This document shows, piece after piece, positions 11,734-23,226 of a stretch of DNA of 64,000 nucleotides. The stretch is from Planktothrix sp. GU0601_MAG3 (GTDB taxonomy: Bacteria > Cyanobacteriota > Cyanobacteriia > Cyanobacteriales > Microcoleaceae): positions 2,708,578-2,772,577 of the forward strand of contig CP136572.1 of NCBI GenBank assembly GCA_035193785.1. The letters run 5' to 3'. A program made the translations under genes and the position numbers. Each line of letters begins with the position of its first letter. Within the stretch, counting starts at the first letter, position 1. The notes under the pieces were generated by a model. The model saw only the letters and a list, made by a program, of their open reading frames with translations, made no database searches and was not told where the DNA came from.

Positions 11734-11757
11734 GATAACTGATTAAAGTGCGATCGC
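11734..11757 (+). repeat. Right copy of 24-bp direct repeat ending in HIP1
   Basis: GATAACTGATTAAAGTGCGATCGC. Confidence 0.7.
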
Positions 11758-12020
11758 CAATATTGCTGATTCCAGATATAATTAAAATTTGATAAAGTCG
11801 ATACAAATTCTTAGGTAAAGTTTGAATTAAGTTTGGTTTATAAATATAAATTAAATGACTATATTGCAATTACTCCGGGCGTGATTTGGCTAACAGCACC
11901 CGCGCAAAATAATCATAATAACGATGCAATTATTGGTATGGTTAGAACAACATTTCCATTTTGATCGGTGATCCTCCCAAAAATGGTAATATCAGCAATT
12001 AGCTTGTTCAATAGACACCG

Positions 12021-13116
12021 ATGGATATAGCAGAGTTAGCAGCCCCCTTAGAAACCTTTGGACGGCAAAGGCAATTTCAACAGGTCACCCAGGCATTAGC
12101 TGATGATCGAGATTTGTTAATTGCTGGAGTACCGGGCAGTGGCCGCCGAAACCCTGGTCAGAAGGGCCGCGACGGAAGTTGGGGCAAAAATTATTGAAGT
12201 GGACTGTATTCGGGCAACCGATGGCCAACGTTTGACACAACTGTTATGTGAGGGGATATCCCAGGCGGTTAAAAGTCCTACGGCTATTGAGTGTTTGCAA
12301 CAGTGGACAAACACAGAGGCGGCTCAATTTTTTTCCTGGCAAGGAAATATGGCAAAAAGTTTGCGGTTAATTGCGAAACCAGAAGAAGTTTGGCAAGCCT
12401 ATAAATTATTAATTCATTTTCCACAACAGTTAGCAGAATTTGTCGAGCGACAAGTGGTATTAATTTTGCAAGGGTTTCCCCATATTCGCTCCTGGGATCG
12501 ACAGGGAGATTGGGAAAAATTATTGCGTCAAGAAATTCAACAGCAAAATTCTGTAAGTTATGTTTTAATAACAACTTTAGCGGAAACTAGCAATCAAGAG
12601 GAGTTTCATCAAAATTTAGAGATTGTACAGTTAACTCCCTTATCTAATGATGTGGTTGCCGCCTGGGCTCATGGGGTTTTGCATCGGGAAAATTTGACTT
12701 TTGATCCGCGATCGCAGGCATTACAATACTTTTTAGAAGCGGTGCAAGGACATATTGGAGATGCTTCGGCTTTAGTGCGTCGGTTGTGTAAAGTTAAAAC
12801 CACAAATGGTCTAATTGGAAATCGGGAAATTGAGGAAACTTTACAGGAATTACTGGCAGATTTTTCAACGGTATTTGAGTCTTTGTTAGTGTTACTTCCG
12901 TCTTCCCAAGCTCAATTATTAGAGTCTTTAGCCCTAGATCCCACGGATAAACCCCAAAGTCGAGAATATATTACTAAACATCACTTATCCAGGGGAGGAA
13001 GTCTACAAGGAGCGATCACGGGTTTGCAACATAAGGGCTTAATTTATGGTTCAGAATTAGGCTATAAATTAGCTTTACCGTTATTTGGTTTATGGATTAA
13101 ACAACGGTTAAGTTAA
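12021..13116 (+). CDS. AAA-like ATP-binding protein with degenerate Walker A (apparent error near 12148-12152)
   Basis: GRQRQFQQV..LLIAGVPGSGRR(T); C-terminal LSRGGSLQGA winged-helix-like end. Confidence 0.7.
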
Positions 13117-13157
13117 CTTGAAATTTGGGATATAACTTAATGTATGGTGATTTTTTT

Positions 13158-14015
13158 ATGAAAAAAACAGGTTTATTTTTATTATTGTTTTTATTGACAG
13201 GTTGTGAAATCCTATCGGAACATTGGCGACAACTTTCAAAAACCATGAATATTGTTAACTCTAGTTCGTCTAATAAAATTGAACAATGTGGGGAAAAACC
13301 TTCAGGAAATATTGCTCCATCTAATATCAAATTAATCAATTTAACCGCTATTAACACCAAGGAATCAGGTCAAATTCGCCAGGGAAGTTATTTAGCCTAT
13401 CAATTTCCTGCTAAAGCCAGTCAACAGTTAAATTATCGCACAGAAGATAATTTATGTATTTGGGTTTACGCACCGGATAGACAACTGATTAAAACCAAAG
13501 ATTTAACCCAAACTGGTCAATATACAATCGTTTTAACGGCTTTAAAAGGAGCTACAACTTTTGATCTAAAAATGAGTTTAAGTTCCCGGGGCGCAACAGG
13601 GACACAACCCTTACAACCCCTACCTCCTTTTGCTAATTCTCCCACCCCTTCCCCAACTCCTTCCCCAACCCCAATTCCAACTCCAAGTCCTGCTATTTCT
13701 CCCCAAGCCAATAACACCACCGAAAGGGTTGAATTTGACCCAGGAGCGACGGGAACAACGGTTACAGGTATGGTTAAACCCGCAGAAAAACGACAATATA
13801 AATTGGAATGTATCGCCGGACAAAAGATGTCGGTTGATGTTACAGAAGGAACGGTAGATATTAATATTTTAGATCCGAATGGTAAAACTATAGGTACTAT
13901 TAAAAATAGCAAAACTTGGCAAGGAGAATTACCCAGTAATGGAGATTATACCATCGAAGTTTCTGGCTCAAAAGCAGCTAATTTTAAACTTAATGTTGAT
14001 GTTCCTGCATTGTAA
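13158..14015 (+). CDS. Lipoprotein with two PPC-like beta domains and a PT/PS-rich linker
   Basis: Lipobox LLTGC; ERVEFDPGATGTTVTG..LPSNGDYTIEV; (PTPS)n linker. Confidence 0.65.
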   Translation: MKKTGLFLLLFLLTGCEILSEHWRQLSKTMNIVNSSSSNKIEQCGEKPSGNIAPSNIKLINLTAINTKESGQIRQGSYLAYQFPAKASQQLNYRTEDNLCIWVYAPDRQLIKTKDLTQTGQYTIVLTALKGATTFDLKMSLSSRGATGTQPLQPLPPFANSPTPSPTPSPTPIPTPSPAISPQANNTTERVEFDPGATGTTVTGMVKPAEKRQYKLECIAGQKMSVDVTEGTVDINILDPNGKTIGTIKNSKTWQGELPSNGDYTIEVSGSKAANFKLNVDVPAL

Positions 14016-14087
14016 CTCTATTCCTGGGATTATGCTCTTAGACTATGATATTATAGGGGTATAAAAATTTTTGTTGTATGAGTTGAT

Positions 14088-14381
14088 ATGACTGTACAAT
14101 CGGTTTCTCGTTATGTAAGTCGTAACCCTGAAATCCTTCAAGGTGAACCTATTATTTTAGGAACTCGAACTTCAGTAAGAGCTATTGTTGGGTTATGGCG
14201 TTTAGGAATATCTCCTGAAGAAATCCCGATACATTTACCCCATTTAACATTAGCACAGGTTTTTGATGCCTTGAGTTTCTATTTAGATAATCAAGAGGAA
14301 ATTAATCATTATATTGAACAAAATCGCATTCCTGAAGAATTAGTTCATCCTGCTGTTAAAGCAGCCATGAAAAAAACATGA
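14088..14381 (+). CDS. DUF433 putative antitoxin
   Basis: NPEILQGEPIILGTRTSVRAIV..LTLAQVFDALSFY. Confidence 0.9.
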   Translation: MTVQSVSRYVSRNPEILQGEPIILGTRTSVRAIVGLWRLGISPEEIPIHLPHLTLAQVFDALSFYLDNQEEINHYIEQNRIPEELVHPAVKAAMKKT

Positions 14382-14722
14382 AATTATTTGCAACACTATA
14401 TACAGATGAAGATGTTTCTGTTCTAGTTGCAACTTTACTCCGTAGTAGAGGTTTTAATGTGACAACATCACTAGAACAAGGAATGTTAGGAAAATCCGAT
14501 CAAGATCAGTTAATTTATACAGCAAAATCTGATCGATGTTTACTAACTCATAACCGAGTTGATTTTGAACAGTTGCATTTAGAATATATTGCTAAAAAAC
14601 GGAACCATTCAGGAATTATTATTGTCCCGCAAAAAATTCCTTATGAAATCGCTCAACGGGTTGCTATTTTATTAGATACTCTAACGGCTGATGAAATTTT
14701 TAATCAACTTTTGTATGTGTAA
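14378..14722 (+). CDS. DUF5615/PIN-like putative toxin
   Basis: LYTDEDV..LRSRGFNV..SDQDQL..LLTHNRVDF..HSGII; ATGA overlap with DUF433 gene. Confidence 0.88.
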   Translation: MKLFATLYTDEDVSVLVATLLRSRGFNVTTSLEQGMLGKSDQDQLIYTAKSDRCLLTHNRVDFEQLHLEYIAKKRNHSGIIIVPQKIPYEIAQRVAILLDTLTADEIFNQLLYV

Positions 14723-14791
14723 ATTAACTTTGATATTTCATAGTTATAACAAAATATTATAATTAATTTTATTATCTTATTCAGTGGAAAA

Positions 14792-15944
14792 ATGAAAAAC
14801 TTTATTGATTTATTCTCCGGTGCAGGGGGAATGTCCTGTGGGTTAGAAATGGCGGGATTTCGCTGTTTATTAGGAATAGATTTTGATAAATATTCCTTAG
14901 AAACATTTCAAGCTAATCATCCCCATTCCCAAACTATTTTAGGAGATTTGCGGGAAATTAAAACAGAATCAATTCAAGATATTATCGGAAATCAAACAAT
15001 AGATTTAATTTGTGGTGGCCCTCCTTGTCAGGGATTTTCAACTATTGGGACAAACGATAAAAAAGATTCTCGTAATTTTCTGTTTTTTGAATTTTTGCGA
15101 ATGGTAGAAACCTTTAAACCTAACTTTATTATTTTGGAAAATGTTACCGGATTATTAGCAAAAAAGAATGAAAGCACATTAACATTAATTATTAATAGTT
15201 TTAGCCAATTGGGTTATACTGTCGATGTTAAGGTATTATCCGCCCATCATTATGGTGTTCCCCAAGCGAGACGACGAACTATTTTATTAGGAAATCGTTT
15301 CGGAGTTGGTAATGTTTATCCAGAAAAACAATTTAAAGATTCCGAAAAAGATCCTGATATTTTACCCTTACCCCGCACGGTTGAATGGGCGTTTAACAAT
15401 TTATTAGAGTTTGAAGGTCAAAGTTTTAACCATGATTTGAAAACGGCTCAAATTAAAAATGAATTAGAAAGAAAAAGAATCCATCATATTCCTGAAGGTA
15501 AAGGAATTCGTTATGAACGGGATCAGTTAGCCTATCTTCCGCCTGAGTTATGGTATGATATAGATTGGAAAAATATTCGGGAAGAACGATTTAGAGAAAC
15601 GCAATTAAAGCGTTTAGATCGATATTACCATTCCAGTACAATTAATACGAATAAAAACACCTATTATCATCCTACAGAAGATCGTTATTTGACCCCCAGA
15701 GAAGCCGCGGCTATCCAATCTTTCCCACCCCATTATATTTTTCATGGAACATCCTCTCAACAATGGCGACAAATTGGGAATGCAGTCCCACCGTTATTAG
15801 CTGCATCAGTAGGAGAGGCTATTTTAAAGTTAGACCAACTCAAAGATAACCTAGAAAAAACCGATTGTATACCGGATTTTAAAGCAGTACGTTTCCCAGG
15901 CGTTTAGTTATAGCAAAAAATGGGATATTTTCAATACATCATAA
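14792..15944 (+). CDS. C5 DNA cytosine methyltransferase (probable error near 15892-15896 moves the stop from 15907 to 15944)
   Basis: DLFSGAGG, GGPPCQGFS, ENV, PQARRR, LTPREAAAIQSFP, QIGNAVPP. Confidence 0.93.
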
Positions 15945-17325
15945 ATTCAGGACTTCCTAAAATTAATGCTCCTCTTAAATTCGGTGCGGTTTTATCTAAA
16001 ACGGAGCGAGTTTGAGGGGAGAAATTATTTTCTAATGTGGAGGCTAAAAAATTAGCATCAATGGGTTTTCCATCGTGAAGTAATCCATTAGATAAGGGAA
16101 CAGATAAACTACTGCGTCTTACCATGGCGTCGGGATTTAACCAAGCGGATTGAATATTTTTATACCCATCGGGGGACGGACAAGCATAGAGGGGCATTCC
16201 TAATTGGTTCAGGATACCATCTAGGGGTTCAAAATTGGTAACAGTACCGATAATTCGCATTACCGAAACGAGATATCTATAGGGGGTTTTAAATTTAGTT
16301 TGATAAATATTAGTTTGCCAAAATTCTGTACTTTGAAATAGGGTATGGAGAACAGTTGCAATATTTCCATCGCTATCTAAGAAGGTTTTAGCTAGTTTTT
16401 TGACGAGGGAATCGGGGGGATTATCACTAACAAAATTTTGAGCCAATTTATAACTAATATGTTGGGCGGTGGAGGGATGTTTTGCTAGAATATTAAGAGC
16501 TTCTTCTCCTTCATTCATCCCACTGCTTTTAATTGAATATCCTAAAAACACTTTATCACTAAAATCATGGCGGGTTTCGTCAAAATAAAATCCTGATTTA
16601 GTTGAGGTTTTTTCAATCGGTTGGAATAGTCCCCATCCGGTTAAAATCTTGGCTAGTTCAATAATATCTTTTTGGCTATAACCGCCATTAACTCCTAATG
16701 TATGTAATTCTAATAATTCTCGCGCATAATTTTCATTTAACCCTTTAAATGCTCCCTTTGTCCCCGGACTTCCCGGGGCGGTATTTTGCCAATTATCTAA
16801 ATAGACTAACAGGGCGGGATGTTTGGCGGTCGCCCCTAATAATTGTCTAAATTTCCCCAAAGCATGGGGTCGAATTGCGTGTTGTTCATAGGAACTAAAA
16901 AACTTTTGGGTTAAATCACCTTTTGTAGCAAATACATTAAAATGATTATACCAAAAATCGGTCATTACTTCTTCTAATTGACGAGGACTGGCAAAAGCTC
17001 TTAATAAACGTCCCCGCCTCGCTTGCTGAATAATTTTTTGCCTAAAACTTTGTCTAATTTTTATCATGGATTTACTATCTAAACCCATATTTTTTGCTTG
17101 TTCTATGGTCTGTTTTTCGGCTAGAATAACTTCACCTGGTTGCCAAACCAATGTATTTAAAGGATTGATTTTTTCGTTTAAATCGACGGGATAGGTAATT
17201 GTTTGTGGTTGCAGTTGAGTCTTAATATAAGTCTCAATCCCCATTTGTTGTATCTGTTGCATTTGTCCCGGGGTGACACCAAAACTTAAACGATTAATTA
17301 GATGAAAAATTTTAGGTTCAGTCAT
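15931..17325 (-). CDS. DUF1800 family protein
   Basis: HLINRLSFG, QLEEVMTDFWYNHFNV, NENYARELLELHTLG, LILGSPEF. Confidence 0.9.
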   Translation of the reverse strand: MTEPKIFHLINRLSFGVTPGQMQQIQQMGIETYIKTQLQPQTITYPVDLNEKINPLNTLVWQPGEVILAEKQTIEQAKNMGLDSKSMIKIRQSFRQKIIQQARRGRLLRAFASPRQLEEVMTDFWYNHFNVFATKGDLTQKFFSSYEQHAIRPHALGKFRQLLGATAKHPALLVYLDNWQNTAPGSPGTKGAFKGLNENYARELLELHTLGVNGGYSQKDIIELAKILTGWGLFQPIEKTSTKSGFYFDETRHDFSDKVFLGYSIKSSGMNEGEEALNILAKHPSTAQHISYKLAQNFVSDNPPDSLVKKLAKTFLDSDGNIATVLHTLFQSTEFWQTNIYQTKFKTPYRYLVSVMRIIGTVTNFEPLDGILNQLGMPLYACPSPDGYKNIQSAWLNPDAMVRRSSLSVPLSNGLLHDGKPIDANFLASTLENNFSPQTRSVLDKTAPNLRGALILGSPEFMMY

Positions 17326-17357
17326 AAATCAGTTATCAAGTATCCGCATCATCATTT

Positions 17358-17418
17358 GTAGGGGCGGGTTCATCGAGATTGAAGTAATTAACAACGATCT
17401 CGATGAACCTGCCCGTAC
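17358..17418. repeat. Solo 61-bp REP-doublet hairpin, same family as the array at 22258-22704
   Basis: GTAGGGGCGGGTTCATCGAGAT...ATCTCGATGAACCTGCCCGTAC. Confidence 0.8.
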
Positions 17419-17450
17419 CAGTTATCACTATAAGAGTTAATACTGGATTT

Positions 17451-17510
17451 ATTACCCATTACCCATTACCCATTACCCATTACCCATTCGTAATTCGTAA
17501 TTCGTAATTC
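17451..17510. repeat. STRR heptamer tandem repeats
   Basis: (ATTACCC)n followed by (TAATTCG)n. Confidence 0.85.
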
Positions 17511-17521
17511 CCTATTCTCCC

Positions 17522-19164
17522 TCAATTACAAATTCTAACAATTTCCCCTGAGAACTCCCAAATTTTAATTGCATTCCCGATATCAATTGAATTTCTTGAT
17601 GATGGACACGTTGCCATTCTTGAGTCTGAAAAACCAAGGTTTCCATAGCGAGAAAAATCCCTTAAAAAATAATTAGTTTGGGTTTTCCCATTGGAACTAT
17701 GGCGACAAAAAATTTCCGCGTGTTTAGAAGAAACCCACTGTTCAGAAATAATCACATCATTCCCTTCCCCCCGACCTACCCGCATCAGTCCCGTATCAAT
17801 CGGCCAAACCTGGGCCGGGGTATTAGTCCCGGGGTTATAGAGTCGTAACCACGCCCGGGGAACATCCCCAAACCCCGTCACCGAACTACTGGGCATTTCC
17901 GTCCTAATCTTTTCTAACGGTTGGACTAACACCCCGTCAAATTCCGGGTGCATATATAGTATCGGCAACGTCCAGGCGGGTTGATTAAACTTATATAAGG
18001 CTAACAAATGCTGACGGCCAAGGGCCACCGCCTGATCTACAGGGAGACGCTCCCCTAAAGCTCTAGCAAAAGCCTGAATAAAGGTTAACGCCTCGGCGTC
18101 GGTAATGGAGTCCCGCATACCCAACACCGCCGGAACCCCGTGATGGATTAATACCTTAGCCAAACTACTGCTAGGAATGGCTTGAAACAGGGAATTAGAG
18201 GGGGTTGACACTGTTTCTGTCGCTGGGTGGGCACTCCAACAGGCATTAAACACCGCCAGGACAATCCCACATCGGACTAATACCTGGGCCAATTCCGTCC
18301 CATTCACGGTCGTATCGGGACGTAAAAATAATAACCCACCATCGGGGGCTGGTACTCCATGTCCCCCATAAAATAAAACGTTATAGCGGTTGGTTTCTAA
18401 TTCGGCAATCAGTTGTTCAACGGTGGGCTCAATCAGGGTTTTAACGCCACAGGAAGCCCCGCTATCGACTCGATTTCCCTGGGCATCTATGCCACATTGT
18501 TCAAAGGCTTGACCCAGGGCGATCGCTTCCTTTTCCAAGGCTAATTTCGATAACTCTGAATTCGGGGACGCCCCGGGGGTTTGACTTTCCCCCAAAACCA
18601 ATAAAATATTCAACCCTTGAGCTACCAAACGTTGGGGTAGGGGGTTAACGTCAAAGGTAGTGCGACTAAACCAAAGATTTTGACTCAAGGAAATCGCTGG
18701 TTGACCGCCCTGGGGTTGCATGGTTTCCCAGGGAATGGGGATTAAATCCGGGTCTCGGAGGTCTAGGCGAATGCGTAGGGGTTGATCCTGGCCAATGGCA
18801 ATCCCCTGACTGCGATGTAAACTGGCTTGAATTGACCCCTGGAATAACCATTGCCAGAGGTTAATCCCAAATTGCTGCATTAAACGGGTGGTATAACTAA
18901 GTTGTCGGCCCGAATCGGAAGCGGCAGTAAGGGACAAATTCCCCGGAGGAGGGGAACACAAACCATTGGGAATACTATGGGGCGAAAACAGTTTTCTAAC
19001 CACGCTTGCCAAGTTTGGGAAAGGGGTTCGGGCCAGCTACTGTCATGGTGAACATATCCGTTCCAATCGGGAGATTGTACCACCCATGTTGCAAAATGAT
19101 GGGCAACGGAGGTATTCATCCGGGCGATCGCAATACTTAAGCAAGGAGTTTCTGAGGGGGACAT
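17522..19164 (-). CDS. CHAT-domain protein with C-terminal FHA domain (apparent errors near 18990 and 17639-17643)
   Basis: LRIRLDLRDPDLIPIPWE, FYGGHG, AVFNACWS, VPAVLGM; FHA VGRG..VSSKHAEI..LRDFSRYG. Confidence 0.85.
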
Positions 19165-19472
19165 TCAACCGAACACACAGTTTTATTGGAATTTTCTGCT
19201 AGTTTATCGCGTTTTTAGCACTTGCGATGCCACATAAGGCAACTATGCCATTAGTTGTTTATCCTAGGTAACGATAATCTCAACTAAACATTACCTTAAT
19301 AATGGCAAAATTTCTGTTCTAGCAATCGGTACCGAGGTTGTAATAGATTATAGGGTATATTCTTTCTGTTCCGGTGTTCCCTACTAAACAACAAAATTAT
19401 TCAACCAGAAATGGAGTTAGACCGTTGAATACAGCAACTAATAATCGAGAAAACTTGCAAGGAGTCAAAGGC

Positions 19473-21568
19473 GTGCATCTTGATATCTTATCCGGTCAAA
19501 GCTACCCCCTGGGAGCCACAGTTTATGCCAATGGGGTGAATTTTTGCATTTTTTCTAAAAATTGTACTGCTATAGAATTACTTTTATTTGATACCCCCGA
19601 TGCCCACGAACCAACCCGGGTGATTCCCTTTGATCCTAAACATAATAAAACCTTTTATTATTGGCATATTTTTGTGCCGGGGATTCAAAATGGACAAATT
19701 TATGGCTATCGAGTTTATGGATTATATGAACCGGAATTAGGCTATCGTTTTGACCCTCAGAAAGTATTATTAGATCCCTATGCAAAAGCCATTGTTAATA
19801 CAGAAAATTATAGTCGGGCTGCCGCTTCTGTTCCGGGGGATAATTGCAGCCAAGCCTTAAAAGGGGTGGTAGTTGATAAGCGGGGTTATGATTGGGAAGG
19901 AGATAAACCTTTAGAATTGCCCTACTCCCAAACTATTATTTATGAACTGCACGTTGGCGGTTTTACCCGCAATCCTAACTCGGGAGTTGCCCCGGAAAAA
20001 CGGGGAACCTATGCGGGATTAATTGAGAAAATTCCCTATTTAAAAGATTTAGGAATTACCGCCGTTGAATTACTCCCTATTCATCAATTTGATGAACAGG
20101 ATGCGGTTCCCCCTCGTAGTAATTATTGGGGATATAGTACCATTTCCTTTTTTGCTCCCCATCGAGAATATAGTTCTAACCAGGATGCTTCCGGCCCGAT
20201 TAATGAATTTCGGGATATGGTTAAGGCTTTTCATAAAGCTGGAATCGAAGTGATTTTAGATGTGGTTTATAACCACACCGCCGAAGGGAATGAAGACGGC
20301 CCGACCATATCTTTTCGGGGACTTGATAACAGTATGTACTATATTTTAGAGAAAGATAATTTGGCTGATTATAGTAATTATAGTGGCTGCGGAAATACTA
20401 TTAAAGCTAATCACGAAATTTCAGGACAGTTAATTATTGATAGTCTGAGATATTGGGTTTCAGAAATGCACGTCGATGGATTTCGCTTTGATTTAGCGTC
20501 GATTTTATCCCGGGATAAAGAAGGAAATCCGATTGAAGATGCCCCGATTTTATGGATTATTAAATCTGACCCCGTATTGGCTGGAGCAAAGTTAATTGTT
20601 GAGGCTTGGGATGCCGGGGGATTATATCAAGTGGGTTTCTTTAGCAGGCGATCGTTTTGCCGAATGGAACGGACAATTTCGAGATGATGTCCGTCGTTTT
20701 GTCAAGGGAGATGAAGGACAAGTTGAAAAGTTAGCCTATCGAGTTATGGGCAGTCCTGATATTTATCCCCATCCTGATCGAGAAGTGCATTGTAGTATTA
20801 ATTTTGTCACCTGCCATGATGGTTTTACTCTGCATGATTTAGTTTGTTATAATGAGAAACATAATGAGGCTAATGGAGAGGAAAACCGAGATGGTTCCGA
20901 ACATAATTTTAGCTGGAATTGTGGCATTGAGGGGGCAACGGATGACCTCTATATTCAAGCTTTACGCCTGCAACAAATTAAAAATATGTGGGTGATTTTA
21001 TTACTGTCTCAAGGCACTCCTATGATGTTAATGGGGGATGAAGTTTGTCGAACACAATCAGGAAATAATAACGCTTACTGTCAGGATAATCCGTTAGGAT
21101 GGTTTGATTGGAGTGATGTGGGGAAAAATCCCGATGTCTTGCGGTTTGTGAAAAGTTTAATCCGCTTTAAAAAAGAACTCCATCTTTTTCAGTTAGATGA
21201 TATTTTAGAAATGAATATAGAGGGTGATTTGCCCTATGTGATTTGGCATGGAGTGAAAACAGGAAAACCCGACTTAACAGAAGATTCTCGCACCATTTCC
21301 TTTAGTTTATATCATCCCAAAAAAGGCGAACATCTCCATGTTATGTTAAATTCCTATTGGGAAGCATTGAACTTTCAATTACCTACCCTATCTAAAGGAG
21401 AGCATTGGCATCGTTTGGTGGATACGGCTTTAGCTGTTCCTAATGATATTAGTAGCTTGAATGTGGCTCGACCAATTATGGGAAAATATTATCATCTTAG
21501 CCCCCGTTTCTGCTGTTGTTTTAATTGCTATGGTAGGGAGCAAGCAACACGTCGAAGAAAAGAGTTAA
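19473..21568 (+). CDS. glgX: Glycogen debranching enzyme/isoamylase (apparent errors near 20635 and 21506)
   Basis: YPLGAT, IIYELHV, NYWGYST, DVVYNHTAEG, VDGFRFDLA, SINFVTCHDGFTL, GNNNAYCQDN. Confidence 0.95.
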
Positions 21569-21674
21569 TCCCCTGGGTTTGAGCAAGAGAAAAAGCGATC
21601 GCTAACTATGATTTGTAGCCGGAAAAAAACATCAATATTATCTGATGAATTTTGGATAACTTTGGGTCGGTTTT

Positions 21675-22175
21675 TTAGAGCAGTTTAACTAAATGGGTTA
21701 ATTCAGGTAAAATTAATTTTTCCATTGCCAATCTTACTGCATTAGAAGATCCAGGAACCGAAAAGATTAATTTACCTTGATAAACTCCGGCTACAGCCCG
21801 GGAAGCGATCGCCCTTGACCCGATTTCCTGATAACTCAAAGCTCTAAAAATTTCTCCAAATCCAGGTAAGGTTTTTTCTAATAATTTTTCCAGAGCATCA
21901 TAGGTAGTATCTCGGGGTGAAATTCCGGTTCCCCCATTAAAAATACAAGCATTTAGTTCAGGGATTTCACAGAGTTTTTTCAATAGTTTTATAATGTCTT
22001 TAGGTTCATCTTTAACAATTTGATAATCGATAATTGGATGCCCAGTATTCTGTAGAAATTGGTGAATTAGTTGACCGCTTTTATCGGTTTCTGGTGTGCG
22101 AGTATCACTTACCGTAATCACAGCACAATTAACCAAAAATTCCGAAGTATCAGGGTGGGGAACTGCTGAAGTCAT
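21675..22175 (-). CDS. moaB: Molybdenum cofactor biosynthesis protein MoaB/MogA family
   Basis: VITVSDTR..DKSG, GGTGISPRDTT, LPGFGEIFR, PGSSNAV. Confidence 0.9.
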   Translation of the reverse strand: MTSAVPHPDTSEFLVNCAVITVSDTRTPETDKSGQLIHQFLQNTGHPIIDYQIVKDEPKDIIKLLKKLCEIPELNACIFNGGTGISPRDTTYDALEKLLEKTLPGFGEIFRALSYQEIGSRAIASRAVAGVYQGKLIFSVPGSSNAVRLAMEKLILPELTHLVKLL

Positions 22176-22257
22176 AGGGGAATTACGAATTACGAATTAC
22201 GAATAGGTAATAGAATAGGAAATTTATTTAATAAATCAACTCTTAAACTGTTAACTG

Positions 22258-22704
22258 GTACGGGCGGGTTATTTTAGATGTTTGTTAATTACCTAAATCT
22301 CGATGAACCCGCCCCTACAACTGATGACTGGTACGGGCGGGTTATTTTAGATGTTTGTTAATCACCTAAATCTCGATGAACCCGCCCCTACAACTGATGA
22401 CTGATGACTGGTACGGGCGGGTTATTTTAGATGTTTGTTAATTACCTAAATCTCGATGAACCCGCCCCTACAACTGATGACTGGTACGGGCGGGTTATTT
22501 TAGATGTTTGTTAATTACCTAAATTTTGATGAACCCGCCCCTACAACTGATGACTGTTAACTGGTACGGGCGGGTTATTTTAGATGTTTGTTAATTACCT
22601 AAATCTCGATGAACCCGCCCCTAAAACTGATGACTGTTAACTGGTACGGGTGGGTTATTTTAGATGTTTGTTAATTACCTAAATTTTGATGAACCCGCCC
22701 CTAC
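22258..22704. repeat. Tandem array of six 61-bp REP-like hairpins joined by heptamer linkers
   Basis: Units GTACGGGCGGGTT...AACCCGCCCCTAC start at 22258, 22331, 22411, 22484, 22564, 22644; linkers 12 or 19 bp built from ACTGATG/ACTGTTA. Confidence 0.92.
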
Positions 22705-22725
22705 AACTGATGACTGATGACTTAA

Positions 22726-23064
22726 TTAGGATTTACTAAATTCTAACCCATTAGCTTCTGCATAACGCTCCATAAATAACATGAAACGATCCCATTCTTC
22801 GGCGGATTTCATTAAATGAGTCGCCTCGATTTCCGTAGGTCTTCCATTAATAAACTTAGCGTTAACATCACGGGTGACGATTTCCCCATCATCATCAATC
22901 ATATACATTCCCGTAATTTCTTGTGTGAAATCATCTGCTAAGGCTTTAGGATTGAGAAAAATAAATTTTGCTGTCCCTTGACTCCCATCCCGTGAACGAG
23001 TCAGACGAACATCAGGAATTACATCTTCATCAATCCCCATTGAAAACTGAATTTTAGCTACCAT
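22726..23064 (-). CDS. psb28: Photosystem II assembly protein Psb28
   Basis: [43 protein letters not shown]. Confidence 0.95.
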   Translation of the reverse strand: MVAKIQFSMGIDEDVIPDVRLTRSRDGSQGTAKFIFLNPKALADDFTQEITGMYMIDDDGEIVTRDVNAKFINGRPTEIEATHLMKSAEEWDRFMLFMERYAEANGLEFSKS

Positions 23065-23119
23065 ATTATCTTGTTAAACCTTTTTCCTTTAAGAGTTAAC
23101 GTCTAATTCTCCCACAATC

Positions 23120-23219
23120 AGGACTTACGCACAAGACCAAAGAAACCGGGTTTCTGGCCCTGATTTTGCGGATGAAATCGAGATTTCTCGTTCAGAAACC
23201 CTGTTTCTGCGTAAGTCCT
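23120..23219. mobile_element. ~100-bp MITE-like element, copy 1
   Basis: TIRs AGGACTTACGCA/TGCGTAAGTCCT, internal AGAAACCGGGTTTCT palindromes; near-identical inverted copy at 26930-27030. Confidence 0.8.
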
Positions 23220-23226
23220 ATGAATA

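Noticed and set aside
22258..22704. CRISPR array
   Set aside because: Intervening segments are near-identical rather than unique spacers, units are 61-bp hairpins, and no cas genes are present.
22319..22720. Hammerhead ribozymes suggested by repeated CTGATGA
   Set aside because: CTGATGA arises from the ACTGATG heptamer; no correctly placed GAAA or stem III.
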